Positions 17,964 through 27,670 of a DNA stretch of 64,000 nucleotides are shown here, in pieces. Below the pieces are notes generated by a model. The model saw nothing but the letters and a program-made list of their open reading frames with translations. It had not been told where the DNA came from and made no database searches. The stretch's first letter is position 1. Each line of letters starts with the position of its first letter. Location of the stretch: the NCBI GenBank assembly GCA_903900845.1, contig CAIUOU010000079.1:3264-67263 (forward strand), read 5' to 3'. The position numbers and the translations under genes are program-made. This DNA is from an uncultured Opitutia bacterium (lineage in GTDB: Bacteria; Verrucomicrobiota; Verrucomicrobiia; Opitutales; Opitutaceae).

Positions 17964-19088
17964 ATGAACGCATCACTCCGGATTCTCGGTCTTCTGGCGG
18001 CCTTGCTGCTTGTCGTTTCCAGCCGGTCGCTCTGCGGCCAGGATGAATCGCAGCTCGCGGCCCTCGCCCAGGCCGGGGACTTCACCCGCGCGCGCATCCT
18101 GATAGCCCAGCTCATCGAACGGGAACCGCGCGAACCCCGCCACCGCTACAACCTCGCCTGCGCCGAGGCACGACTCGGCTTCCGTGAGCTGGCCCTCGAC
18201 GCGCTGGAAACGTCGGTGCGGTTGGGCTTAAAGGACCGCGAACTGCTCCTCTCCGATGAAGACCTGACCACGCTGCGCGCGCTACCCCGCTTCCAAGCCA
18301 TCGCCGCCCGCGTTCCCGCGACCCCGCCTCCGGCCGCCGCGCCTGCCGCACCCGCGCCAACCAAGGCCCCGGCCAGACCTGCCGCTCGCCCAGCCGCTCC
18401 CGTCGCCGCTCAGGCCGTCGTGGCACCGATACCTCCCCGGATCACGCCCGCCGGCCCGGAAGGGCTCTTCTTCATGACCTGGTTCTGGATGGCCACCGGC
18501 AGTCTGGAGCAAATCCTGTGGTACTTCACCACCGACGGCAGGGTCTTCGACTCGCCCGGCGGCGCCTTCACACCCGAGCAACTCGAACGCGACTCGCGCC
18601 GCCACGGCCGCCGGTCGCTGGCCAACAAGAAAATGGCCGTGAAGTGGTCGGACGGGAAGGTGACCGAGTCGAACTTCGAGGTGGACTCCTCCGGGACTGG
18701 TTTCGGCTGGGACGGGGGCGGTTTCAGCGCGGTCGCGAAACCGGATTGGAGTAGAGTCTCCGGATTCTTCGAAGGCGGGGCGTCTTACTCCCATTCCTCC
18801 GGGCGCGGCTCCTCCATTTCCGGCCTAACCCTGCGGCCGGACGGCACCTTCACCTTGAGCCGCAGCTCATCTTTCCGGTCGGAAAACTCGACCTCCGTCG
18901 CGACCGCCGGCAGCGTGGACGCGCCCTTGGAAGGAAAATGGAAAGGCGAAGGCTACGAGTTGACCCTCACCTTCGCGGACGGACGGATCGAGCGCCACGT
19001 CTCTTTCCCCACACCCGATGCGCGTGACGCGAGCAAAGTCGGCATGCTCTTTTTCAACGGCTCAATGCACCTCGCGAAGAATCGCTGA
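17964..19088 (+). CDS. Secreted hypothetical protein: TPR-like helical N-domain, Pro/Ala linker, predicted beta-rich C-domain
   Basis: Start moved to ATG 17964 (MNASLRILGLLAALLLVVSSRSLCGQ signal peptide). YNLACAEARLG...ALDALETSVRLG...SDEDLTTLRALPRF is TPR-like. The C-terminal half is Gly/Ser/Thr/aromatic-rich. The upstream part of the ORF-track frame lies antisense to TBDR5. Confidence 0.8.
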   Translation: MNASLRILGLLAALLLVVSSRSLCGQDESQLAALAQAGDFTRARILIAQLIEREPREPRHRYNLACAEARLGFRELALDALETSVRLGLKDRELLLSDEDLTTLRALPRFQAIAARVPATPPPAAAPAAPAPTKAPARPAARPAAPVAAQAVVAPIPPRITPAGPEGLFFMTWFWMATGSLEQILWYFTTDGRVFDSPGGAFTPEQLERDSRRHGRRSLANKKMAVKWSDGKVTESNFEVDSSGTGFGWDGGGFSAVAKPDWSRVSGFFEGGASYSHSSGRGSSISGLTLRPDGTFTLSRSSSFRSENSTSVATAGSVDAPLEGKWKGEGYELTLTFADGRIERHVSFPTPDARDASKVGMLFFNGSMHLAKNR

Positions 19089-19209
19089 GCGGGCCTCGTC
19101 CGGCGGGCGGCGGTCGAGCCCGCGGTCGTTATCTTGCGGCAGGGCGGGCCGGACTTGAAACGGCGGAGGGGGCGAGCGCATGCTCACCAGATCCCGTTTT
19201 GTTTTCCCC

Positions 19210-22200
19210 ATGAAGCACCCTACCCTGCCCCGCCCCGCCGCTCTCGTTTTTATTCTCTGCCTGGTCACGGCCTGGGCAAACGCCGCTGACGCCGTGCTCT
19301 CGGGCCAGGTCAGCAACGCCGCCACGCGCGCGTTTCTCGAGGGCGCCACCGTGTCCGTCGCCGGCACCACGCGCTCGGCGGTGACGGACCGCGAGGGGCG
19401 GTTCGAGCTCGCTTTGCCCGCCGGCACAGAAGTCACGATCGTGGCCGGCTTCACCGGACTCGACCCCCAGCGGGTGGCCGTGCGCGCCTCCGATGGGCAG
19501 CGCGTCACCCGCGACTTCGCTCTCACCGCCGAGGTCTACCGCCTCGACAAGTTCACCGTGGCCGGGGAACGCGAGGGCACGGCCCTGGCCGAAACCCTTC
19601 AACGGCAGGCGCCCAACGTGAAGGCCATCGTTTCCTCCGACACCTTCGGTAACGTCGCCGACGGCAATGTCGGCGATCTGCTGCAGCGCATCGCGGGGAT
19701 AACCGCCAACTACAACGGCCACGATGTGCGCCAGGTGAGCATCCGGGGAGTGGGTCCAGACCTCAACGCGGTGACGATGGACGGGATGCAGGTGGCCAGC
19801 GCGCAGTCCGCCAACGGCGGCCGCGCCTTCGAGTTCGACCAGGCATCGCTCGGCAACATCGAGACGATCGAGGTGACCAAGGCGCCGACGCCCGACATGG
19901 ACGGCGCATCGATTGGCGGCAGTGTGAACCTTGTGACGAAGAGCGCCTTCGACCGAGCCGTGCCGCGCGTCTTCACCTACACGGTGGGCTTCATCACGCG
20001 TCCGACCTACAAGGCCTCCGCGCCCACCTGGAAGGCGCCGGTCGAGGGTTTCGGTCCGTCGCTCAACTTCAGCTACTCCGATGTCTACGGCGAGAAGCGG
20101 AACATCGGCATCACCCTCACCGGCACCGTGCACAGCCAACCCGGGGCAGGCTCCACCACCCTGCAGTCATTCGAGCGCCGCAATGATCCCGGGAGCGCCT
20201 ACAACTTCTCCATGGGCCGCCGCGTCGAAAACGCCACCCGCTCCCGCGTCGCCAGCGGACTCAAGGTGGACTACCGCTGGAGCCCCCGCACGACCGTCTC
20301 CGTCAGCCTCTCCTATAACTACTATTTCGAGAACCCCGACACGCGCCTGAGCACCCTGTCGACCGTCGGCGTGCCCACCGCCGCGACCCCGAGCGTGCTT
20401 GCCACGGTGGACGCCGCCGGCCGTCGCACCGGCGGCGGCTACATCCATCCGAATTACGCGGATAATATCACGCGCGTCTTCGCTCACCCCACGCTTTCCA
20501 CCAACGCGATTTCGGTGAACGCGTGGGACAACTCGGGCCGCACCTACCTGTTTCAACCGATGGTGCGCCACCGTTTCGACGGTCTCACGCTCGACTACAG
20601 CGCCTCCTACTCCAACGCCGGCGCTTACAACGGCGTACCGCAGAACGTCGTCAGCCTGCGCCTCGGCGGCATCGGCTGGACCGTCGATCGTTCGCGCGAC
20701 GGTAAGAACCCGGTCGTGCGCCAGACCGAGGGGCCCGACATGTACGATCTCAACCACTACGGCGCGCTGCAGATCACGCAGAACGACAAGCGCAGCACGG
20801 ACGAGGTGGTTGCCGCGAAACTCGACCTAAAAAAGGACCTGCGCACCGCCGTGCCCGCGTTCGTGAAGACCGGCTTCAATGTGAAGCGCCAGCAGCGCGA
20901 TCTCTGGGGCTATAACCGTCGCTGGAGCTGGACCGGGCCCGACGGCGTGCTCGGCAACGCCGACGACAACACCGGCATCGGGCAGTTCACCGATGTCACG
21001 GGCTACCACCGCAAGGATGAACAAAAGGCCTACGGCGGCCGCGGCGGCGCGCCGGTCTGGCCCAACCCCTACGGTCTGGCCCGCCATCTGGCGGAGAACC
21101 CGCGCTACTGGCGCGAGGATGTCGCCTTCGGCGCGCCGACCGCGCTGCAAGCCCTCAAGTTCGTCGAGGAGCGCATCGCCGCGGCCTACTTGCTCGGCCA
21201 GGCCCGCCTCGGAGCGTGGTCGCTGCTCTCCGGCGCGCGCCTCGAGGACACCCGCGTGGCCGGCGAGGGTCCGCTCAATTACATCTCACCCGCGGAGAAA
21301 GCGCGCCGCGCCGCCTGGACCGGCCCGCTCACCGATGCCGAGATCATCCGCCGCGCCGGGGCGCAGTACGGTGCACGCATGACCAACGAGGGCCGCTACC
21401 GCGTCGTGCTGCCCGGGGTGCATCTCCGTTACGAGCCGCTCCCCAACCTTGTCACCCGCGCCAGCTGGTCGACGGGGGTCGGCCGCCCGGGCTTCGGCTC
21501 CATCATCCCCAACGACCAGGTGAACGACGACACGATGCGGGTCACCTCCAGCAACCCCAACCTGGGCCCCCAACGAGCCGACAATTACGACCTCACCGCC
21601 GAGTATTACTTCCGTCCGCAGGGCATGCTTTCGATCGGCGCCTTCCGGAAGGATATCCGGGATTACATCTACACCGACAGCAGCCAGATCATCGGCAACG
21701 GCCAGGACAACGGCTTCGACGGCCTGTACGCCGGCTACACGCTCACGACCCAGCGCAACGGGGGTTCCGCGCGCATCGACGGCCTCGAGTTCAGCTACCA
21801 GCAGCAACTCACGTTCCTGCCGGGCTGGGCGAAAGGCTTCGGTCTCAGCGCCAATTACACCACGCTGCGGACCGAGGGTAATTACGGCGGCGCCACCGTG
21901 CTCACCAACAACAGCCTGCCCGGTTTCGTGAACAAGTCGGGCAACCTCGGGCTGAACTACCGCGGCCGCGGCCTCGACCTGCGCCTCCAGGCGATCTACC
22001 GCGGAAACTATCTCGTGGCCAACTCCGCGACCCCCGCCCTCGTCCAGTATCAGAAGGAAAAGATCACGTGGGTCTGGAAGTCGCGTTACGCCATCACGCG
22101 CCACGCCAGCCTGTTCCTCGACCTCGACAACCTGTTCTCGGTCGATCTCGACACCGTCTACGCCGCCTACCCCGACCGGGTGATCAACAACCGGAAATTC

Positions 22201-22239
22201 CCGTTGAAGATCGTCGCCGGCATCACCGGCCGGTTCTGA
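19210..22239 (+). CDS. TonB-dependent receptor (TBDR6) with N-terminal carboxypeptidase-regulatory-like domain
   Basis: Start probably ATG 19210 (MKHPTLPRPAALVFILCLVTAWANAA). IEVTKAPTPDMDGASIGGSVNLVT plug motif, NYDLTAEYYF, ends GRF. Confidence 0.93.
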   Translation: MKHPTLPRPAALVFILCLVTAWANAADAVLSGQVSNAATRAFLEGATVSVAGTTRSAVTDREGRFELALPAGTEVTIVAGFTGLDPQRVAVRASDGQRVTRDFALTAEVYRLDKFTVAGEREGTALAETLQRQAPNVKAIVSSDTFGNVADGNVGDLLQRIAGITANYNGHDVRQVSIRGVGPDLNAVTMDGMQVASAQSANGGRAFEFDQASLGNIETIEVTKAPTPDMDGASIGGSVNLVTKSAFDRAVPRVFTYTVGFITRPTYKASAPTWKAPVEGFGPSLNFSYSDVYGEKRNIGITLTGTVHSQPGAGSTTLQSFERRNDPGSAYNFSMGRRVENATRSRVASGLKVDYRWSPRTTVSVSLSYNYYFENPDTRLSTLSTVGVPTAATPSVLATVDAAGRRTGGGYIHPNYADNITRVFAHPTLSTNAISVNAWDNSGRTYLFQPMVRHRFDGLTLDYSASYSNAGAYNGVPQNVVSLRLGGIGWTVDRSRDGKNPVVRQTEGPDMYDLNHYGALQITQNDKRSTDEVVAAKLDLKKDLRTAVPAFVKTGFNVKRQQRDLWGYNRRWSWTGPDGVLGNADDNTGIGQFTDVTGYHRKDEQKAYGGRGGAPVWPNPYGLARHLAENPRYWREDVAFGAPTALQALKFVEERIAAAYLLGQARLGAWSLLSGARLEDTRVAGEGPLNYISPAEKARRAAWTGPLTDAEIIRRAGAQYGARMTNEGRYRVVLPGVHLRYEPLPNLVTRASWSTGVGRPGFGSIIPNDQVNDDTMRVTSSNPNLGPQRADNYDLTAEYYFRPQGMLSIGAFRKDIRDYIYTDSSQIIGNGQDNGFDGLYAGYTLTTQRNGGSARIDGLEFSYQQQLTFLPGWAKGFGLSANYTTLRTEGNYGGATVLTNNSLPGFVNKSGNLGLNYRGRGLDLRLQAIYRGNYLVANSATPALVQYQKEKITWVWKSRYAITRHASLFLDLDNLFSVDLDTVYAAYPDRVINNRKFPLKIVAGITGRF

Positions 22240-22439
22240 GTACCGCGGGCTACGCCGCTGCGGGCGGGCTCCGGGTGGCAGGCGGGACGTGGCACCGGCG
22301 CGCCGCGCGCGAACGGCCCGGGGAGCCGGATGCCGGCGCCGGGATTACCCGCGCTGCAGCACGTCGTTGCCTTCAGCCTTGAACCCGCTTCGTTCCCACC
22401 AGCGTCCGAATCATTCACCCCCCCCTAAACCCGATCCCC

Positions 22440-23816
22440 ATGACGACCCGTCGTTCGTTCATCAAATCGTCCACCCTCGCGAGCACGCTCGCGTTTCCCG
22501 CGGTGCTCCGCGCCCAACCCGCCGGCACCCCTGCCCCGAACCAGCGCCTCAACGTGGCCATCATCGGTGCGGGCGGCCGCGGCGGCGCGGCGGTGCAGGG
22601 CATGAAGGACGAGAACATCGTGGCGATCTGCGACGTCGACGAGGGCCGCTGCGACACGTCGCTGAAGTCCTTCCGCGATAAATACCCCGAGGAAGCCGCG
22701 CGCCATGAGTCGGCGGCGCGTTTCAACGATTACCGGAAGATGTTCGATCGGATGGGGAACAAGATCGACGCCGTCACGATCTCGACCCCCGACCACATGC
22801 ACTTTCCCGCCGCGATGGCGGCGATGTCGCTAGGCAAGCACGTCTACGTCGAGAAGCCGATGACCCACACGGTCTGGGAGGCCCGGCAGCTCACCGAAAA
22901 GGCGCGGGAGAAGAAGGTCGTCACCCAGATGGGCAACCAAGGTCACGCCGACGAAGGCTGCCGCATCCTCAAGGAATGGGTCGAGGCCGGCGTGCTCGGC
23001 GAGGTGAGGGAGATCGTGAGCTGGACCAATCGTCCCTTCTACCCGCCCTGGCGCGAGCCGATCGGCACGTTCAAGAAGCCCGATCACTCGAAATTCATCC
23101 CGGTGGTGCCAAAGGGCGTGAACTGGGACGCATGGCTCGGCGTCGCGAAGGAGCGCGCCTACGATCCCGCCTACATGCCGTGGAAATGGCGCGGCTGGTG
23201 GGATTTCGGCACCGGCCCGTTCGGCGATGTCGCCTGCCACATCATGGACGGCGCCTACTGGGCCCTGAACCTCGGCGCGCCGACCGCGGTCGAGGCGATG
23301 TCAACCCAGGCCACCGAGGACGCCTGCCCTCTCGCCTCCGTGGTCACGAATTACTTCCCCGCGCGCGGCAACCTGCCGCCCGTGAAGTACACGTGGTCCG
23401 ACGGCGGCCTGATGCCTCCCCTGCCGAAGGAATTGGAGCTCGGCCGCGACCTCAACAGCGAGGCCGGCACGATCCTCTTCGGCAGCAAGGCGACGGTGCT
23501 CTGCAGCTTCTATTACGAGACGGTGCGCATCATTCCGGAAATTCGGATGAAGGAAATAGCGCCCAGCCTGCCGCCGAAGACCATCCCACGCGTGAAGGGC
23601 GGGCCGTTCGCCGAGTGGCTGCTCGGCTGCAAGGGCGGCCCGAAACCCGGCTCCAACTTCGAGTACTCCGGGCCCTTTACCGAGGCCGTGCTGCTCGCCA
23701 ACGTCGCCATCCGCTCCCGCCGTCGCATCGAGTGGGACTCGAAGGCGATGAAGGTCACCAACAACCCCGATGCGAATCAGTTTGTGACCAAGGAATACCG
23801 CCCCGGCTGGTTCTGA
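22440..23816 (+). CDS. Gfo/Idh/MocA family oxidoreductase, Tat-exported
   Basis: TRRSFIK twin-arginine signal, VAIIGAGGRG Rossmann motif, ISTPDHMH, VYVEKP, GDVACHIMD. Confidence 0.92.
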   Translation: MTTRRSFIKSSTLASTLAFPAVLRAQPAGTPAPNQRLNVAIIGAGGRGGAAVQGMKDENIVAICDVDEGRCDTSLKSFRDKYPEEAARHESAARFNDYRKMFDRMGNKIDAVTISTPDHMHFPAAMAAMSLGKHVYVEKPMTHTVWEARQLTEKAREKKVVTQMGNQGHADEGCRILKEWVEAGVLGEVREIVSWTNRPFYPPWREPIGTFKKPDHSKFIPVVPKGVNWDAWLGVAKERAYDPAYMPWKWRGWWDFGTGPFGDVACHIMDGAYWALNLGAPTAVEAMSTQATEDACPLASVVTNYFPARGNLPPVKYTWSDGGLMPPLPKELELGRDLNSEAGTILFGSKATVLCSFYYETVRIIPEIRMKEIAPSLPPKTIPRVKGGPFAEWLLGCKGGPKPGSNFEYSGPFTEAVLLANVAIRSRRRIEWDSKAMKVTNNPDANQFVTKEYRPGWF

Positions 23817-23840
23817 CCGCCGCGGACGCTTCGGAGACCA

Positions 23841-23870
23841 GGGCGGGCCATCGTGCCCGCTCTTTTTATT
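23841..23870 (+). terminator. Intrinsic terminator after the oxidoreductase
   Basis: Stem GGGCGGGC/GCCCGCTC (one G-U pair) with a 6-nt loop, followed by TTTTTATT. Confidence 0.7.
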
Positions 23871-24030
23871 TCCCGAACAAAGAGATCAGACTTTGGGACA
23901 CGGAGTTCACCGAGGTCCGATCCGAAGGCACGGAGCCAGAGCACCACGACGGGTTTCGAAAATGCCCCACGCCCTTGGAAAGCCGGGCATCGGCAGATTT
24001 TTTCAGATGACAGGCACGGGGGAACAAACT

Positions 24031-24062
24031 CATCCGTGTCGATCCGTGTTCATCGGTGGTTA
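24031..24062. repeat. Three imperfect tandem decamers (CATCCGTGTC/GATCCGTGTT/CATCGGTGGT)
   Basis: Read directly from the sequence. The complementary ACACGGA/CACGGA words occur at 23898-23904 and 23929-23934. Confidence 0.6.
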
Positions 24063-24213
24063 AAAAAATCCGGGGTACCGAATAGCCTTCGGCGGCACCT
24101 TCCTCCGCATGGTCCGCGGCGGGCGGCCGCGGCTACAGCGTGGCCGCCTGGGTCGCCGGTTTTCCCCCGCCGGATAGCTTGAGCCGTGACGCGGGACGAA
24201 GGCGGGGCACCCG

Positions 24214-24250
24214 AAAAACAGCGTGGGCGGGGTGTCGCCACCCCGCCCAC
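24214..24250 (-). terminator. Terminator-like hairpin after TBDR7
   Basis: Perfect 12-bp stem GTGGGCGGGGTG/CACCCCGCCCAC (24223-24250) with a GCGA loop on the - strand, followed by GCTGTTTTT. Confidence 0.7.
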
Positions 24251-24278
24251 GAAGAAAACCCATCCGACCAGACGGCGC

Positions 24279-27269
24279 TCAGAAGCGCCCGTTGATGCCG
24301 ACGTTTATCGTCACGAAGTTATAGTTGATCGTCGACGGCTGGTTGCGGAAGCCGCGGTAGATCTCTTGGTACGCGTTGAGGAGGTTGGAGACGTCGAGCG
24401 TGAGCTGGGCCGTGGGACGCAGCTGGTAAGCGACGCCGACGTTCAGCGTGTCGAACGAGGCGCGCCAGCGGTTGCGGCCGACGGTGGCGGCCGAGTACTC
24501 GACGATGTAGTCGCTCGTCCAGTTGTAGAGGAGACGCGTGCTGAACTTCTTGTAGCGCCAGGAGAGCATCGCGTTGGCGGCCTTCGGGATGAAGCCGACG
24601 ACCTCGCGGCCGGTGATGTTGGTGGTGCTGCCAAAGTCCCCCCGCGTCTGGATCATTGTGTAGTTCAAGGAGCCGCTCAGGCCCTTGAGCAGGCCGGGCA
24701 GCGAGGTGAACTGCTGCTGGTAGCTGAACTCCCAGCCCTGCACGACAGCGGTGCCGGCGTTCGCGGAGGTAAACAGGTTGAACCCGGCGTACTCGCCGTT
24801 GAAACCGTTATCCGTCCCGCTCGCCACGGTGCCGATGTTGATGTTGCGAACGATGTAGTCGGCGATCGTCTTGTGGAAGAAGCCGACCGAGAAGTTACCG
24901 ACCGGCTCGAAGTAGTAGTCAATGGAAGCGTCCCAGTTGCGCGCGTTCTGCGGGAGCAGCGCGGCGTTGTTAATCGTGAGGGTGCTGGCGGTCTCGTTCA
25001 CCGACTCGCTGGGGAGGAGCTCGCCGTAGCCCGGGCGGCCGAAGCTGGTGGACCAGGCGAGGCGGGCCTTCAGGTTGGGCGTGATATCGTGCGTCAGGTG
25101 CACGCTCGGGAACGCCTTGGTGTAAGAGCCATCGATCGTGCGCCTGGTGTTCGCGTAGTCGCGGGTCACGGCGCCGAGCGGGTCAGCCTGCTGCTGGGCG
25201 CTGGTGCTGCCGACGCGGGCACGGACCCAGCCACGGCCGACGTCCTCGGTGTTCTCGACGCGGACACCCCCGAGGAAGCCGCTGCGTCCGAGGAAGCCCT
25301 CGCGCCCGAGCTTGCCCTGCGCCATGAAGTAGCCGGCGGTGACAGTCTCGGTGATGTCGCGGGCCCCGGTGTAGGCCTGCTGGAGGCGGTAGTACTCATC
25401 CTCCCGCCAGAGCGTCGGGTCGACGGGCCGGCGGTTGTTGATGTACATCGAGGACGTCCACTGGGGCATCATCCGGCCGGTCTTGACCTGGTCGAAGGTG
25501 ACGAGGCCCGGGTCGGGGGCGAGGGGTCCAGTGCCGAGGTAGTTGTAGCGGCGGCTGTTGCTCAAGGTCTGGGCGAGGGTCTCGCGCCACTGGCCGCCGA
25601 CCTTGACGGCGAGCGGGACGGCGGTGGGCAGCTTGTAGAGCGCGTTGAAGCGGAGGTCGCGGACGCGCTGGTCGTTTTGGCCGTCGCTACTCTGGAGGGC
25701 GCCGGTGGGGCGGTAGTTCGAGGGATCGGTGAAGTCTAGACCGCCGTTGGGGAGGAACTTCGGGTGCAGCTCGGACTGAGTGCGGTCGAGGATCCAGCCG
25801 GTTCCGGCGATGCGCATCGTAAGCTCCCCGCCCTGGCCGTTGCCGTTGTTGAGGTTGTTGCGGGCGTAAGTCGCGGCGTAGTCGAGCTGCAGCGGGCCGA
25901 AGTCCTGCTCGGCGGTGAAGTCGAGGCGGCGCTGGCGGGTGTTGTAGTTGTTCGGCCCGCGGTTCTGCATCTCGATCAGGGACTGCGGCACGGGGCGGAT
26001 GACCGTTATTTTGTCGGTCCAGCCCGGGACGACGCTCGTCGTGGCGTTCGGGACGGTATTCTGGTTCTGGCTGCTGTAGGCCCGGGTGATGTACCGGCGG
26101 CGGAAGGCCTCGTAGTTGTCGTTCGCGGTGGCGTTGAGCGAGACGCGGGTGCTGGCGGAGACGCGGTAGTCGGTCTTGATGCTCAGGCTGACCTGCTTGC
26201 GGTTGTTGTAATTGTCGAAGGTCTGGTAGCTCCAGACGTAGGCGGGTTGCGCGGTCGTGTTCTGGTAATCCCGGTCGGTCTGGAAGAAGCCGACGGCGTT
26301 CTCAGAGTAGAAGGCGTTGACGCTCACGCCAAGGTTGCGGCTGCCGCCGAAGACGTCGAAGAGCTCCTGGTAGCTGAAGTTCAGCATCGGGTGCGCCGGA
26401 TGGTCCTCGCGCTGCGGGATCTGCTCGAAGCCGAGAAAAGACGGCGCGATGCGGGCCGAGAGGCTGTAGGTCAGCCGGCGGCGCTCCTTCATGCTGAGGG
26501 AGGAGCGGGTCTTGAGGTTCACCGTGCCACCGAGGGAGTCCGCGTTGCGGTCCGGACGGTGACCCTTGGTAAGCTCCAGCTGGTCAAACAAGGCGCCGGA
26601 GATGCTCTGCATCTCGAAGGCGCGGCTGGTGCCCAGCGGGGTGACCAGGCCGCCGTCGATCGTGACGGTGTTCAGGCCCGCGGGCATCCCGCGGATGTTG
26701 AAGTTGTAGGCGAGGCCCTCGTCCGTCGGGGAGCCGGCGACGCCCGGGAGGCGCATCAGCACCTCGCCCGCGCTCATGTTGGGCAAGTTGCCGAAGGAGT
26801 CCATCGACACGACGTTCATCGTGTTGGGGGCGTTGCGCTGCGCGGTGATCGCGGCCGCGCCGCCCTCGCGCTCACCGGTGACCTTGAAGGCGTCCATCTT
26901 GTAGATGCCAGTGGTCAGATCGAAGTCGCGCGTCGCCCGCTGTCCCGCCGCGACCGCCACTTGCGCGCGAACCGTGTCGAGACCGATGTAGCTCACGACG
27001 ACTTCGTGCGTGCCGGCGGATACCCCCGAGAGCACGTACCGGCCCGTTTCGTCGACCAGCGTGGACAGCCCGAGCGCGGGAATCTCGACCTTGGCTCCCT
27101 GCAGCAGGTTGCCGGTGGCCTGGTTGCTGACGGCGCCGCTGACGGCGCCGGCGGAATCGGCCGCTCGCAGCGGAATCAACGAGCAGAAAACCAGCGTGGC
27201 GAAACAGGCCGCCCGAAGGAGGGCCTGGAGTGGGCGTAACGCATCGTGACGAGTAGTCGTGGTTCGCAT
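24279..27269 (-). CDS. TonB-dependent receptor (TBDR7), paralogue of TBDR3/4/9
   Basis: Start moved to ATG 27269. AVSNQATGNLLQGAKVEIPALG domain, LELTKGHRPDRNADSLGGTVN, WDASIDYYFEP, ends GRF. Confidence 0.93.
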   Translation of the reverse strand: MRTTTTRHDALRPLQALLRAACFATLVFCSLIPLRAADSAGAVSGAVSNQATGNLLQGAKVEIPALGLSTLVDETGRYVLSGVSAGTHEVVVSYIGLDTVRAQVAVAAGQRATRDFDLTTGIYKMDAFKVTGEREGGAAAITAQRNAPNTMNVVSMDSFGNLPNMSAGEVLMRLPGVAGSPTDEGLAYNFNIRGMPAGLNTVTIDGGLVTPLGTSRAFEMQSISGALFDQLELTKGHRPDRNADSLGGTVNLKTRSSLSMKERRRLTYSLSARIAPSFLGFEQIPQREDHPAHPMLNFSYQELFDVFGGSRNLGVSVNAFYSENAVGFFQTDRDYQNTTAQPAYVWSYQTFDNYNNRKQVSLSIKTDYRVSASTRVSLNATANDNYEAFRRRYITRAYSSQNQNTVPNATTSVVPGWTDKITVIRPVPQSLIEMQNRGPNNYNTRQRRLDFTAEQDFGPLQLDYAATYARNNLNNGNGQGGELTMRIAGTGWILDRTQSELHPKFLPNGGLDFTDPSNYRPTGALQSSDGQNDQRVRDLRFNALYKLPTAVPLAVKVGGQWRETLAQTLSNSRRYNYLGTGPLAPDPGLVTFDQVKTGRMMPQWTSSMYINNRRPVDPTLWREDEYYRLQQAYTGARDITETVTAGYFMAQGKLGREGFLGRSGFLGGVRVENTEDVGRGWVRARVGSTSAQQQADPLGAVTRDYANTRRTIDGSYTKAFPSVHLTHDITPNLKARLAWSTSFGRPGYGELLPSESVNETASTLTINNAALLPQNARNWDASIDYYFEPVGNFSVGFFHKTIADYIVRNINIGTVASGTDNGFNGEYAGFNLFTSANAGTAVVQGWEFSYQQQFTSLPGLLKGLSGSLNYTMIQTRGDFGSTTNITGREVVGFIPKAANAMLSWRYKKFSTRLLYNWTSDYIVEYSAATVGRNRWRASFDTLNVGVAYQLRPTAQLTLDVSNLLNAYQEIYRGFRNQPSTINYNFVTINVGINGRF

Positions 27270-27670
27270 CGGGGTAGGTGATAAAAAAGTGGGGGGCGCC
27301 TTGCAGCAGAAACGAAGCAGGTCGCCGCGCGGGGTTGGGCTGGGCAGGGCGAGAGCAGACGCAACCGTCGCCTCTGGACAAGCAGAAATCCATGCCGCCT
27401 GCCGCAACCGAGGCCGTCTCGTGAACTTCCTTCCAGACACGCGCGAGCCCGTTGCATCCGCATTTCGAAACAGCGGGGATGGCGTGGACCATCAGGGGGT
27501 GTACCGAACCTCGGAGGCGTGCGGGAAACCGCGCGGATGTCAGAATTTCGAGCCTCGCAAAAAAACGGACCCGCCTTCCATCCTCGACCTAGGCGTCAAA
27601 CCTCTACCCCCCTGGAGACGCGGTCGCACCCCACCCCGGCCAACCCGCGGCTGCAGCCATCGTTGAAATC

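Noticed and set aside
23881-24062. Possible degenerate CRISPR array
   Set aside because: The repeats are only 7-10 bp and tandem or irregular, with no 23-47-bp repeat plus spacer periodicity and no cas genes in the window.
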